This document shows, piece by piece, positions 47,253 to 59,544 of a stretch of DNA of 64,000 bases. This stretch comes from Centroscyllium fabricii (taxonomy: Eukaryota): contig JBNRSN020000025.1 of the NCBI GenBank assembly GCA_051313645.2, positions 31,310,001 to 31,374,000 on the forward strand, written 5' to 3'. Position 1 is the first letter of the stretch. The number at the start of each line of letters is the position of its first letter. Position numbers and translations under genes: made by a program. A model generated the notes under the pieces. That model saw only the letters and a program-made list of their open reading frames with translations. It had not been told where the DNA came from and made no database searches.

Positions 47253-47727
47253 GGCTATTAACCACTCTCTGAAGTGGCCTATAAAGTCACACCACCACCT
47301 TCTTAGGACCACTCGAGATGGGCAATAAAAAAGCTGGCATGGCCAGCAATGCCCACTTCATGAGAACAAGATAGTCATTACTTGCCACTTAGATGGCATG
47401 AGTAACCTTCCACTTGTCAGCTCAGGCCTGAATGCTATCCAAGTCCTGCTGTAGGTTGGCAGTGGGCTGCTTCATTGATGGAAGAGCTGTGAATGGAGCT
47501 GAACACTATGGAATCATCAGCGAACAGCTGCACTCCTGACCTAATGCTGTGGGATCTTAATCATCCACCAGTGTACTTTGACATTTACTAATATCACGCA
47601 CAGTGTTGAATATAAACGTGCGCCGTCAAATGAACCCTTTTCGAACATACTATGGTTGCTTCACTCAATAACGTCACAAGGATCCCAATGATCCCTGTAT
47701 TACCTGAATCCTGAATGGATCCAGTTT

Positions 47728-48037
47728 TCATAGAATCCCTACAGTGCAGATAGAGGCCATTTCGGCCCATCAAGCCTGCACCGACACATAACCCACCCCA
47801 TCCCCGTAACCCCACATATTTAATCCCCCTAACACTAAGGGTCAATTTATCCTGGCCAATCAACCTAACCCGCACATCTTTGGACTGTGGGAGGAAACCG
47901 GAGCACCCGGAGGAAACCCACGCAGACACGGGGAGAATGTGCAAACTCCACACAGATAGACACCCGAGGCCGGATTTGAACCCGGGCTCCTAGCACTGTG
48001 AGGCAACAGTGCTAACCACTATGCCACCGTGCCGCCC
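47728..48037 (-). mobile_element. HE1-type V-SINE
   Basis: tRNA head, V domain and short CR1 tail. Confidence 0.88.
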
Positions 48038-48199
48038 TATTCAAAGCAGAATGTGGTTTAAAATAAATCTGTACTCGATTGCCAGTCTACATTGGGCAAG
48101 CTGATCTGAGTCAGGGCAGTGGGCGCAACAATTAGTCCTACAACGAGCACCCTTGGGCGAGAGAGGGGGAAAACAGCCAAAGGTTCCAAATGATGAAAA

Positions 48200-48299
48200 T
48201 GTGTGTGCGTGCGCGCGTGCCTGTCTGTGTGCCTGTCTGTCTGTGCGTGTGTGTCTGTCTGTGTGTGTCAGTGTATATGTGCGTCTGTGCGCGCACACA
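48200..48299. repeat. compound (TG)n/(TGTC)n microsatellite
   Basis: Alternating purine-pyrimidine tract. Confidence 0.85.
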
Positions 48300-49164
48300 T
48301 CAGGTGAAAGCAGGGGTGGATTTGCCCATGCTGTACCTCCTCCCCACATACCGTTTAACATCCTGCCGACACTCACTGTCTAGCCTCACATTTGAAGAAT
48401 GTGAAGCCACTTGGATGAGGTACCAAGGCCAGTCTGTGAATCTGCATCCCAGCAAAGAATCAATGAATTCAGGATGGAAGACAAGAAAATTGGTAAAAGA
48501 ACATCCGTAAAGATAGCATGAATATGCATTTGGACACAATGCAGAGGGAATATTGAGCAGCAAATCTCTGAGGCTACTAAAAATGAGATGTCTGTTGTTA
48601 CGCACTAGCTTCCACTTAAGTTTACAATAATGATTTTAACATTTTGTTTTGAGAGTTCTGGAAGACATTGTCTCTAAAATTAAACCCTACGTTTCTAATT
48701 TGAATAGTCTCAGCTGGTTTAATCCACATGGACAATATATTACAGCATTTGCTGTTTCATCTGTGCACAGGTCTCTTGCAGTGCTGAGGAGTTTTCCATC
48801 GTGAACTTTTACACAGTTGTGAAAAGTTCTGCCAAACTTCAACAGAAAAGGAGGCGGCAGCTGGGTTCCGATGAACTGGTACAAGGAAAGACTCCGTGGT
48901 CGACTGAAAACTTCTATCTCAAAGGTTAACCAGCCTTTCCCCTTTCAGAGACCGACTGATTTATTGTGCAGATTCAGCAATTTTCTGTTCGAATTTTGCA
49001 CTGGCCCTTTCCATCCAAACCTCGTTGGTTCTGTACAGCAGGTTCCCGACTATTTCACACTTTTCTGCTGGGGTCATGGCGGACAGTGAAACACAACAAC
49101 CTCGCAGGATAGAAATCGTCTGATTGGACAAGTGATGACGATGCTCCCAGGCATTTGATATGCA

Positions 49165-49305
49165 ACAACAACTTGCATTAATACAGCGCTTTTAACGTAG
49201 TAAAACGTCCCAAGGCGCTTCACAGGAGCGTTATCAAACAAACTCTGACACTGAGCCACATAAGGAGATATTAGAACAGGTGACCAAAAGCTTGGTCAAA
49301 GAGGC
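49165..49305 (-). mobile_element. L2 3' end fragment
   Basis: gtgaagcgccttgggacgttttactacgttaaaagcgct L2 tail on the minus strand. Confidence 0.7.
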
Positions 49306-49352
49306 AGTAATATTTGATTGATACAGGGCACCATCACAACTTCTCCACAGTA

Positions 49353-49701
49353 CAGGTACACAATCGCTTAACCGCACATCCGAAAACCGAAAAGCTCCGA
49401 AAACCCGAGTTGCGCCAAAACTGACCCGTTTTGAAAGCCAGTTCAATATAATCCAGTGATAAAAGTAAAATTAACAAGAAAGTAGAGCTTACCAATGTAA
49501 AAAAGTGGACCCACGGGTCTAATTCCTCCCGGAGCCCACAATCTCCTACCGTTTCAGCCTGCGCACAGGGCCGCCAACACGGCAATGCACATGCGCATGT
49601 GATCTGCGCATGCGTACTGGGCACCAATCCGAAAACCGAAGAAATCCGAAAACCGAGACCCGTCCGGTTCCACAGGTTTCGGATAAGAGATTCTGTACCT
49701 G
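49353..49701. mobile_element. pogo/Tigger-like MITE, second family
   Basis: TA-CAGGTACACAATC…GATTCTGTACCTG-TA, CCGAAAACCG subterminal repeats and a TGCGCATGCG motif. Confidence 0.82.
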
Positions 49702-50411
49702 TATTTATGAGCCATTCTCATTTTTACAGGACAGCTGAGATAACGCTGAAACACTGAATATATTATTTTCCATCCAATTTTGTCCCTTGCTGCCCTCGCC
49801 CTTCCTCCTGTTTAAGGCCCTGGCATTTACTGGATCTAGTTCCACAGACAGGGCTGCCCTTCAATGTCCATTCTTCATGCGTGTGCCTGCACTGTGAGTA
49901 TTGTCAGGCTATTTACTCATTCAGGCCATAACCAGACAGTCCAAATTCTGTCCTCACCCAAACGTCCACACAGGCGTGCATTGTGTAGGGGTCATGGGAT
50001 AGTGATCACGAACTGGTGTAGAAACATAGAAGATAGGAGCAGGATTAGGCCATTTGGCCCCTCGAGCCTGCTCTGCCATTCAATAAGATCATGGTTGATC
50101 ATTCAAATTCAGTACCCTGTTCCTGCCTTCTCCCCATATCCCTTGATCCCTTTAGCCTTAAGAAATATATCCCACTCATTCTTGAATATATTTAATAAAT
50201 TGGCCTCTACGGTCTTCTGTGGTAGAGAATTCCACAGGTTCACCACTCTCTGGATGAAGAAGTTCCTCCTCATCTCTGCCCTAAATGGCTTACCCCTTAT
50301 CCTTAGACTGTGCTGTTGGTTCTGGACTCCCCCACCATCGGGAACATCCTTCCTGCATCTACTCTGTCTAGTCCTGTTAGAATTTTATAAGTTTCAATGA
50401 GATCCCCTCTC

Positions 50412-50920
50412 GTCGAGCAGAGGTTGATAGCCAAGTTCTGCACTCATGAGCACGGCCTCAACCGTGATATTGGCTTCATGTCGCACTACATGTGACCCCG
50501 CCTGACGTAGAGTCATCTTTGGCTTGTCCTCACTACGCGGATGCGGCTGCGATTTCCAGTAAGAAAAATCCTTTTTTTTTAAATCATTCTGTGGGTTTTC
50601 ACACAGACACCAGACTGCAACATTTGACCCTTTGTGACTGCACCTCATTGATCTCAGGCTGGTACCTGACTGATATGTTAAAACACCTTTGATTGCTTTG
50701 AATGTCTCTCTGCTGAGGTGTGATGTTGAACAGTTGGAAAGATTACATTGTTCTCTCCCTCTATATATGCTGTGTTTAAATGAATCTCTTTTACATATAC
50801 CTGATGAAGGAGCTACGCTCTGAAAGCTTGTGATTTCAAATAAAACTGTTGGACTATAACCTGGTGTTGTGTGACTTCTTACAATTGTCCACCCCAATCC
50901 AACACCGGCACCTCCACATC
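50412..50920 (+). mobile_element. Penelope-like element 3' end (GIY-YIG C-terminus plus pseudo-LTR)
   Basis: Encodes VEQRLIAKFCTHEHGLNRDIGFMSHYM*, typical of the PLE ORF end, then a hammerhead, AATAAA and tail. Confidence 0.9.
50798..50833 (+). ncRNA. minimal hammerhead ribozyme motif
   Basis: tac-CTGATGA-a-ggagc(tac)gctct-GAAA-gctt-gtg. Confidence 0.72.
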
Positions 50921-52255
50921 ATTCTTCTAAACTCCAGTGAGTATAAGCCCAATCGACCCAATCTCTCCTCATACGTCATTCCTGCCATCCCAGGCATCAG
51001 TCTGGTGAATCTTCGCTGTACTCCCTCCATGGAAAGAACATTCTTCCTCAGATAAGGCGACCAAAACTGCACACAATACTCAAGGTGTGGTCTCACCAAG
51101 GCCCTGTACAACTGCAGCAAGACATCCTTGTTCCTGTACTCAAACCCTCTCGCTACGAAGGCCAACATACTATTTTCCTTCTTAACTGCCTGTTGTACCT
51201 GCATGCTTACCTTCAGCGACTGGTGCACAAGGACACACAGGTCTCTTTGCACTTCCCCTTCTCCCAATCTATTGCCATTCAGATAATAATCTGCCTTCCT
51301 GTTTTTGACGCCCAAGTGGATAACCTCACATTTATCCACGTTATATTGCATCTGCCATGCTTCTGCCCAACCACCCAACCTGTGCAAATTATCCTGGAGT
51401 TTCTCGGCATTTTCCTCACAGTACACACGCCCACCCAGCTTTGTGTCATCTGCAAACTTGGAGGTATTACATGCTGGCTGAATTTCCCTCGCCCTAACTC
51501 AGTGATCCTTCTGCCACCCCAATGGAGATCAGCTCACTCAGCACAGACTGAGCATCGAACTGGCGACCTGACCTGATTTGCATGACTTGGTAACTCACTG
51601 CCTTAAGCAGATGAGCCATTGAGGGGGCAAAAATTCAAAATGTTAGATTCAACTTCTTTGACCATACTCAAGACTCTGCCTTGCGGATACATTACTCAAT
51701 CTGAATTCGCCGATTCCTACAGCCAGCTCTGTCTAAGCAGTAACTTAATTATGCCATTATTATGGTGCTGTGTAGTCTTAAATCTTGTGACAGGCTGACT
51801 CTCTGGCAACTCATCCTTGACGATGATTCCCCTTTTTTTCATTACAAATCAAATTTGCAGTACCTGAAAATGCTCAAAGGCTGGGAACAGTCAACAGTGT
51901 GGAAAACTAATGGCAAATTCAAGAGGCTTTTAATCATCTCAAGTGATTCTACAGCATGTCTTTTGACACAATGTATTACAGGGCTTTCTCCACTATGGGT
52001 AAAGGTGTATTATATAGGAACTCCTGATGGGCCAACTAATTCAATAACCTTTTCGGAATGCTTAACTCACGTCTGCAGTGCACACAGGAATAATAACTAC
52101 TACCAGCTGATCTCCCTTGGCATTGCACAGAAAGATTGTAGCCTTCAGGTGCCGCCCGGTTACAGGACGGGGCTAATTCGACTAGGGCATGCAGACGTAA
52201 TTCAGTTCCTATTTTAAAGTCATACACTCTGCCCATTCTTTTAATATATTTCCAC

Positions 52256-52415
52256 CATGTCCACATTTATAAAAGGAACTGCCTATGTAAACTTGTCACG
52301 CTGTAATTACCCCCTCCAGCCACCGGTGTCACTGCTACACTTTCACTCGGTGGGGAGGGTGTAATTACAATCTGATAAATTTAATATAGGCACTTGCCAT
52401 TATAAATATGAACAT
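52256..52415. repeat. old imperfect palindrome (about 68-bp arms)
   Basis: 52256-52325 aligns to the reverse complement of 52348-52415 at roughly 75% by eye. Confidence 0.75.
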
Positions 52416-52913
52416 AACAATTTATAATGGAAAAAGTTGACAGGATGTGTGGCAGATGCAAGATTTTTAATATATTATGACTTTCAAAAGGGAACTGGAT
52501 AAATACTTGAAGTGGAAACATGTGCTGTGCTGTGGGGAAAAAGATGGGTAAGTGGGACTAATTGGATAGCTCCCGGCACAGGTCAATGGGCTGGCTTCCC
52601 TCCTTCTGTGCTGTATCATTCTATGATTCTTTATTACACAGTGTTTTCTCGCCCTCAAAATTAGCAATTAAAATCCAGCCCGCACTATGAGGATGGAAGC
52701 CTCCTCTGTCTGGTGGTTGCAAGGACCGATGTGAATTGAGCTTGGGGAAGTCTCCAGTGAGTCCTAAGGGGCCACGGGGGTGCAGCATAAACCACCACTA
52801 ATTGGCCCGAAGTTCACAATGTCACTCAGACAGGCCTCAGGACAGCTGGTGTGAGGAATGGGAAATGTCACATTGATATAGCAGGAGGTACTCTTCTCAG
52901 TTTGGAGGTTCAT

Positions 52914-54456
52914 GGCACAGTAGAGGGAGCTTTACCCTGTATTTAACCCGTGCTGTACCTGCCCTGGGAGTGTTTGATGGGACAGTGTAGAGGGAGCTTT
53001 ACTCTGTATCTAACCCATGCTACACTTGCCCTGGAAGTGTTTGATGGGACCGTGTAGAAAGAGCTTTATTCTGTATCTAACCCGTGCTGTACCTGCCCAG
53101 GAAGTGTTTGATGGGACAGTGTAGAGGGAGCTTTACTCTGTATCTAACCCATGCTGTACCTGCCCTGGGAGTATTTGATGGGACAGTGTAGAGGGAGCTT
53201 TACTCTGTATCTAACCCATGCTGTACCTGCCCTGGGAGTGTTTGATGGGACAGTGTAGAAGGAGCTTTACTCTGTATCTAACCCATGCTGTATCTTTTTT
53301 TTATTCGCTTATGGGATCTGGGTGTTGCTGGCAAGGCCAGCATTTATTGCCCATCCCTAGTTGCCCTTGAGAAAGTGGTGGTGAGCCGCTTTCTTGAACC
53401 GCTGCAGTCCATGGCGTGAAGGTACTCCCACAGTGCTATTTGGTAGTGAGTTCCAAGATTTTTGACCCAGCAACGATGAAGGATCGGCGATATACTTCTA
53501 AGTCAGGATGGAGGGGAACTTGCACATGGTGGTGTTCCCATGTGCCTGCTGCCCTTGTACTTCTAGGTGGAACAGGTCGCGGGTTTGGAAGTTGCTGCCG
53601 AAGGAGCCTTGGTGAGTTGCTGCAGTGCATCTTGTAGCCGGTACACACTGCAGCCACGGTACACGGTGGTGGAGGGAGTGAATGTTGAAGGTGGTGGTTG
53701 GGGTGCCAATCAAGCGAGCTGTTTTGTCCTGGATGGTGTCGAGCTTCTTTAGTGTTGTTGCAGCTGCACTCATCCAGGCAAGTGGAGAGTATTCCATCAC
53801 ACTCTTTACTTGTGCCTTGCAGATGGTGTTAAGGCTTTGGGGAGTTAAGAGGTGAGACACTCGCCGCAGTATACCTGCTCTTGTTGCCACAGTATTTATG
53901 TGGTTGGTCCAGTTAAGTTTCTGGTCAATGTTGACCCCCAGGATGTTGATGGTGGGGGATTCGGCAATGGTAATGCTGTTGAATGTCAAGGGGAGGTGGT
54001 TAGACTCTCGCTTGTTGGAGATAGTTATTGCCTGGCTGTTCTGTGGTGCAAATGTTACCTGCCACTTATCAGCCCAAGCCTGAACGTCATCCAGGTCTTG
54101 TTGCATGCTTCATTATTTGAGGAGTTTTGGATGGCGCTGAACACTGTGCAGTCATCAGTGTGCAGTCATCAACGAACATCGCCATTTCTGACCTTATGTT
54201 GGAGGGAAGGTTATTGATGAAACAGCTGAAGATGGTTGGGCCTAGGACACTGCCCCGAGGGACTCCTGCAGCGATATCCTGGGGCTGTGATGATTGACCT
54301 TCAATCACCACAACAATCTTCTGCCCTTGGAGTGTTTGATGGAATAGTGTAGAGGGAGCTTTACTCTGTATCTAACCCATGCTGTACCTGCCCTGGGAGT
54401 GTTCGATGGGACAGTGTAGAGGGAGCTTTACTCTGCATCTAACCCGTGCTGTACCT
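52914..54456. repeat. 67-bp minisatellite (about 8 units) interrupted by a LINE
   Basis: Unit GACAGTGTAGAGGGAGCTTTACTCTGTATCTAACCCATGCTGTACCTGCCCTGGGAGTGTTTGATGG at 52914-53294 and 54321-54456. Confidence 0.95.
53295..54320 (-). mobile_element. CR1/L2-clade LINE 3' fragment
   Basis: Same family as 23085-25575 (GVPRGSVLGP, WADKWQVTFAP). Confidence 0.9.
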
Positions 54457-54710
54457 AACATAGAAACATAGAAGCTAGGAGCAGGAGTAGGCCATTCGGC
54501 CCTTCGAGCCTGCTCCGCCATTCAATGAGATCATGGCTGATCATCCAAACCCAGTACCCCGCCCCTGCCCTCTCCCCATATCCCTCGATCCCTATCGAGC
54601 CTGCATCGACACATATCCCACCCTATCCCCGTAACCCCACATATTCAATCCCCCTAACACCAAGGGCCAATTCATCCTGGCCAATCAACCTAACCTGCAC
54701 ATCTTTGGAC
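54457..54710 (-). mobile_element. 5'-truncated HE1-type SINE
   Basis: Tail and 3' body only. Confidence 0.85.
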
Positions 54711-55156
54711 CTTGGTGTGGGAGTGCAGTTGTTATGATACTGGACTACAACAAAAAGAGAGAAATGTGGAAAAGAAAATCCCAAGTGCTATTTGGACAAG
54801 GTTTCGCAAATAATGCTAAATAGTTCACTTACTAAATAGACCAACAAAGGAAGAATCACTTGGAGAGTGACATACCTCTGCCTCAGGTTTTAAACATAGA
54901 AAAAATGGCCAACGTTCACAATAAAAATATACCTGTGAGTTGTTGGAGGTGGTTTGGGAAAGGTTTGCAGAGGCAGTTGAAATGCAATGAGAAGAAAGGC
55001 GGAGAAGGTCAGGCAGGGGTCAGTGTCGACCAAACAGCTCGAGGGCCACAGTCGTTCTTCTGACTTGTGTGACACAGATAATCACATAAACCCGGCAAGT
55101 AACTGAAACGGCAGCCACCTTGAGACAGCACTTCATCAACCAAGACCTTGATCTAT

Positions 55157-55546
55157 AGATAAGAGCCGAAAATGCTGGAAATACACAGCACGTCTCTCGG
55201 CACCCGAGAGAGAAAAGGTTGGTTAATGTTCTCGGATTGAACCCTTAATTAAAACCCTAATGACTTTTATTCATCTGAATTGGCCGTGGGTTTTTTCTGC
55301 TCTGGTTTTTGTCTCTCCCGAGAGATTATGTGGCTGCTGGTGAGTGAGGGGGGAGGGGCAGGGCGATGGGGGACATAATGCTGAGTTGCACCATGAGGGT
55401 GTGGGACAGGCTCGCGGGACAAGCTGGTCTCACTCTGTCCGTCATTTTCATATGTACCTGAAACATTAACCTGTCTTTTCTCTTTCAGCTGCTGAAGGGC
55501 CTGGTGTGCATTTCCAGAATGTTCTATTTTTATTTCAGATTTCCAA
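55157..55546. mobile_element. inverted remnants of a second PLE-like family around a CR1-tail fragment
   Basis: 55157-55235 is a loose reverse complement of 55457-55535. The interior 55278-55455 resembles the CR1 3' UTR module. Confidence 0.45.
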
Positions 55547-55913
55547 TACTTTGACTGATTTCAGCTTCGTCAGAACGCAGGTTCATTAACTCCTCCCAGT
55601 CAGGTCCCCTCACGCAATTATCAACATTCAATGCTTAAAAAAGGATTTTTTTTTAGAAAACAGAAAACAACGTCATAAAAGTAAAGAATTTTTAGAAAGT
55701 TCATTACAGTGTTTTCATAAATGTTTAATTTATTGGACGGGATTCTCATGGTTGCAATCCATTATTCAAAGAGCACCAGGAAGTTCTTCCGATGTCCTGG
55801 CCAATATTTCTCACTCAATGAGCTCCACCAAAACCAGATGAACTGGTCTGTCATCTCACTGCTGTCTGGGGGATCTTGCTCTGTGAAAAATGACTGCCAC
55901 ATTTGCTTATATA

Positions 55914-56233
55914 CAGGTTGAGCACCCTCGGGTAATCCGGCACCCTCGGGACCAGGCCGGTGCTGGACTATTGAAAATTGCGAACCACTGAAGGTTCGGG
56001 GGGCGCGCGCGGGTAGAACACTCCCCGGGAGGGAGCCCGGGGATAGAACGCTTAGAGAACCTAAAGAAGCAGCAACCCAAACGCCCGACGCCTTCGGCGC
56101 TCGCCCACCCTTCGTGGGAAATGGTGGCGCCGCCGAGCGGCTGCTCCGCAAAATGAAGAGCGCCGGTTTCCATTCGTGCCGGACCACTGAAGGTGCCAGA
56201 CCATCGGGTGCCGGATTACCGGTGCTCCACCTG
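55914..56233. mobile_element. pogo/Tigger-like MITE
   Basis: TA flanks, close copy of 34817-35163. Confidence 0.9.
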
Positions 56234-56235
56234 TA

Positions 56236-56770
56236 TAATGTAGGAACAGGAGCAGGTCATTCAGCTCCTCAAGTCTGTTCCGCCATTCAATTAGATCATG
56301 GTTGATCTGTATCTTAACTCCATCTTAACTCCATCGTAACCCTCAGTACCCTTGCCCAACAAAAATCCATCAAGCTCAGTGTTGAGATTTTCAGTTGACC
56401 GCCAGCCTCAACTGCTTTTTGGGGGATGAGTTCCTGATTTCCACCACCCTTTGTGTGAAGATGTGGTTCCTGCCATCACCCCTGAACAGCCTAGCTCTAA
56501 TTCTAAGTTTATGCCCCCTTGATCTGGACTCCCCACCAGAGGACATAGTTTCTCTCTATCTAATCTATCAGATCCTTAAATTACCTTAAACACCTCAATT
56601 AATTCACCCTTAATCTTCCATACTCAAGAGAATACAAGGCCAGCCTATGGAACCTGTCCTCATAATGTACCTCTTTTAGCCCCAGTATCATCTGGTGAAT
56701 CTGCTCTGCACCCACCCCTCCACACCACCCCCCCACCCCCCACGGGCAATATATCCTTCCCGAGGTGCGG
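56236..56770 (-). mobile_element. old CR1 3' fragment
   Basis: Terminal hairpin and degenerate RT end. Confidence 0.75.
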
Positions 56771-56887
56771 ACAACATTTCAAAAGTTACCCATTGTGTGT
56801 GAAGTTCGATGAGATGTTTTGGAGAGACGTGATAAGGTGCTATACATTGTAAGCCACTCTCACTTAAGGCATCGCAATGCTGAAATT

Positions 56888-57288
56888 TAGAAACATAGAA
56901 ACTAGGAGCAGGAGTAGGCCATTCGGCCCTTCGAGCCTGCTCCGCCATTCAATGAGATCATGGCTGATCATCCAAACCCAGCACCCCGCCCCTGCCCTCT
57001 CCACATATCCCTCGATCCCTAACGAGCCTGCATCGACACATATCCCACCCTATCCCCGTAACCCCACATATTCAATCCCCCTAACACTAAGGGTCAATTT
57101 ATCATGGCCAATCAACCTAACCCGCACATCTTTGGACTGTGGGAGGAAACCGGAGCACCCGGAGGAAACCCACGCAGACACGGGGAGAATGTGCAAACTC
57201 CACACAGATAGTACCCGAGGCCGGATTTGAACCCGGGTCTCCAGTGCTGTAAGGCAACATTGCTAACCATTGTGCCACCGTGCCGCCC
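56888..57288 (-). mobile_element. HE1-type V-SINE
   Basis: Full-length copy. Confidence 0.9.
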
Positions 57289-57504
57289 TTAGGTCAAGTG
57301 TCTGCAGTTGAGTCTCTCTTTTAGAAAGTAAGGAGTAAATGTAAATAAAAGTAAGAGAATAGGACCTCTGCATTTGGACCACAGGGGAAAAAAAATCAAC
57401 CAGGCTTCTGATTCCTGCTCACTGCACAGTGCCTCCTGCAGTAAAGTGCATGAGAACATTGGGCAAGTACAATATCGGGTTTGGTCGCGATGTCCTTTAT
57501 TGAT

Positions 57505-57808
57505 AAGAGTAAATAAGGAGAAACTGTTTCCAGTAGCAGGAAGGTCGGTAACCAGGGACACAGATTTAAGGTGACTGGCAAAAGAACCGGAGGGAAGATG
57601 AGATTTTATTTTACGCAGCGAGTTGTGATCTGAAAGGGCGGTGGAAGCAGATTCAATCGTAACTTTCAAAAGGGAATCAGATAAATAGTTGAAGGGAAAA
57701 AAATGACAGGGCGATGGGGAAAGAGGAGGGGAGCGGGACTAATTGGAGAGCTCTTTCAAAATGCCGAATGGCCTCCTTCTGTGCTATATCATACGATGAG
57801 ACTATGAT
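57505..57808 (+). mobile_element. CR1 3' fragment
   Basis: RVNKEKLFPVAGRSVTR remnant and tail. Confidence 0.75.
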
Positions 57809-58735
57809 CTGAAACAGCACCCCTCCTTAGGCAAGATAACAGAGATGCTGCTGCTGCTGAAGAAAGCCTACCCTGCAAGAGCAGGAGAAGGTGAGAGAGG
57901 CGGAGAGAAATATTGGGAAATAAAAAGCGAGTATAAATTGCATTACGAAGCAAGAGTAAATCGTAGCAGATCTGCCTGGTATTTGCTGTAACAGTGAGAT
58001 AAAGGATGATATACTTGCATTTATTTACTGCTTTTCACATTGTCGACAAGTTTCAAACACCTTCAGACAACAAATGATTTTTGTATCTGGAGTGCGCTGA
58101 TTGTTGTTATGTAGGCAAATGCATATAATTATATGAAATACATGCAAAGCACCAAGCTTGTACTGCAGCAACCTCTGCATCAATGTGTGAATAAGGTGTT
58201 GAAGGCTTGACATTTATGTTCGCATCTCCCACTAAATCTCAGTGAAGCAATGCAAATGTTGGCAAATTATAGTTGTTAATGATTTCATTTGTGCTCCTAT
58301 TCACACTGTGAGCTCAGTAATACAATACTGTAGAGTGAGGAGGAGGAGGTGGTTGAAGAATTTCATCTTAAAATGACCCCCGCCGTGCCCCCCCAATGTC
58401 CGTGACTTTGGTTTACTCTGAAGTTGTTGCTGGCTGTGGGAGGCTCGTGTGTGCCAGCAGCTGTTGGCACAAGCACCCACTGTATCCACCACTGGACAGT
58501 GACCAGGAGCGGGAAGCTTGGCTGATTCGAGCATCGAGGCCAGTTGTTGCTGCCCTGGGTGAGCTCAGGTAATTCAGCACAGGCCGGGCGGGGTGGGGGG
58601 GTTGAACCTCGAATCTCTCAACTGCCAAAGCAGCAAGAACACCTCAGGAGATAGTGCACAGACCAGGGTTTTGGGGGGGGGGGGGGGGGGGGGGTTTAAG
58701 GAAGAGGGGAGTGGGCGTTGCTATGGTATTGCTGG

Positions 58736-58920
58736 GGGTGATTTTCAACTTTGTCATCTGGGTAGTAACCTACTGGGCAGCAATCAGTCATCTGTTGTAC
58801 AACCCACCCGATCTACAGTCCATTGAAATCAATGGAATGAAAGTTGGGCAGGTTCTACAAGAGGCAGGCAATCCACTCCGCCAGTTTAACACTCACGCAG
58901 TAAAGTTAGAAATTACACCC
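58736..58920. mobile_element. short palindromic Harbinger-like MITE remnant
   Basis: GGGTGATTTTCAACTTT / AAAGTTAGAAATTACACCC ends and a central CCATTGAAATCAATGG palindrome. Confidence 0.55.
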
Positions 58921-59544
58921 AGTGTGTTTGAACACGTGGATTCGCTAAATAATGGTTCTATTTAAAGCTGCTTTGTTGATCATTTGGGAATCAGTGAATT
59001 TGAAGCATTGAGGAGGCCATTCAGCCCATCGTACCTGTGCTGGTGCTAGCTCTTCAACTGGAGCTATCGACTCTGATCCCACTTCCCTGCCCTTTAAGGA
59101 GAGAGATTGTTCATTTGGACAATTCATGGCAAACTATTTCGAAAAGCAATTTTCTGGGATCTTACTACAAAATGTGGTCCATTTTCAGTCCTGTCAAGTT
59201 AGGTTTTGTACAGTTACCATTTTAATATCCAACCCCTTATAATGAGACAGCTATGGACATCTGACTTCCTCCGAGGATAGAATATTCTTGCAATCAACAG
59301 GACTGAACTGGAGCTCTGTCGCCTCTGGGTCAGAAGCCTGTGGGTTTGAAGTGCATCTCAGAACACCAGCGCGTAACCTAGGCTGAAACCAGCGCAGTGC
59401 AGAGAGTGTTGCATTCCTGTCCTTCAGAGGAGATGTTAAAAGCTGCAATGGGAAGATGGTAGGATTGATATTCTGGAAGAATAAAAAGAGCCTTCTTCAC
59501 CTGTGTCTACCTTGCAGTGTCGCTGGAGAAGATCCTGAGCTAAC

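Larger units (their letters stand above)
43025..47365 (+). mobile_element. tRNA-derived SINE split by PLE and CR1 (pieces 43025-43269 and 47253-47365)
   Basis: GAGTTCAAATCCC B box. Continues after the TSD GGCTATTAAC into a GGGCAATAAA tail. Confidence 0.7.
50019..51470 (-). mobile_element. CR1 3' fragment interrupted by a PLE
   Basis: ORF 50854-51426. CR1 cctctc|attcttc is split by the PLE. Confidence 0.92.

Noticed and set aside
48771-48924. Plus-strand exon candidate (VSCSAEEFSIVNFY…)
   Set aside because: The peptide is unrecognised, the donor is weak, and the 3' end overlaps a PLE-like remnant.
52914-54456. Regular 67-bp periodicity as a CRISPR-like array
   Set aside because: Whole units repeat with no unique spacers, there are no cas genes, and the context is vertebrate.
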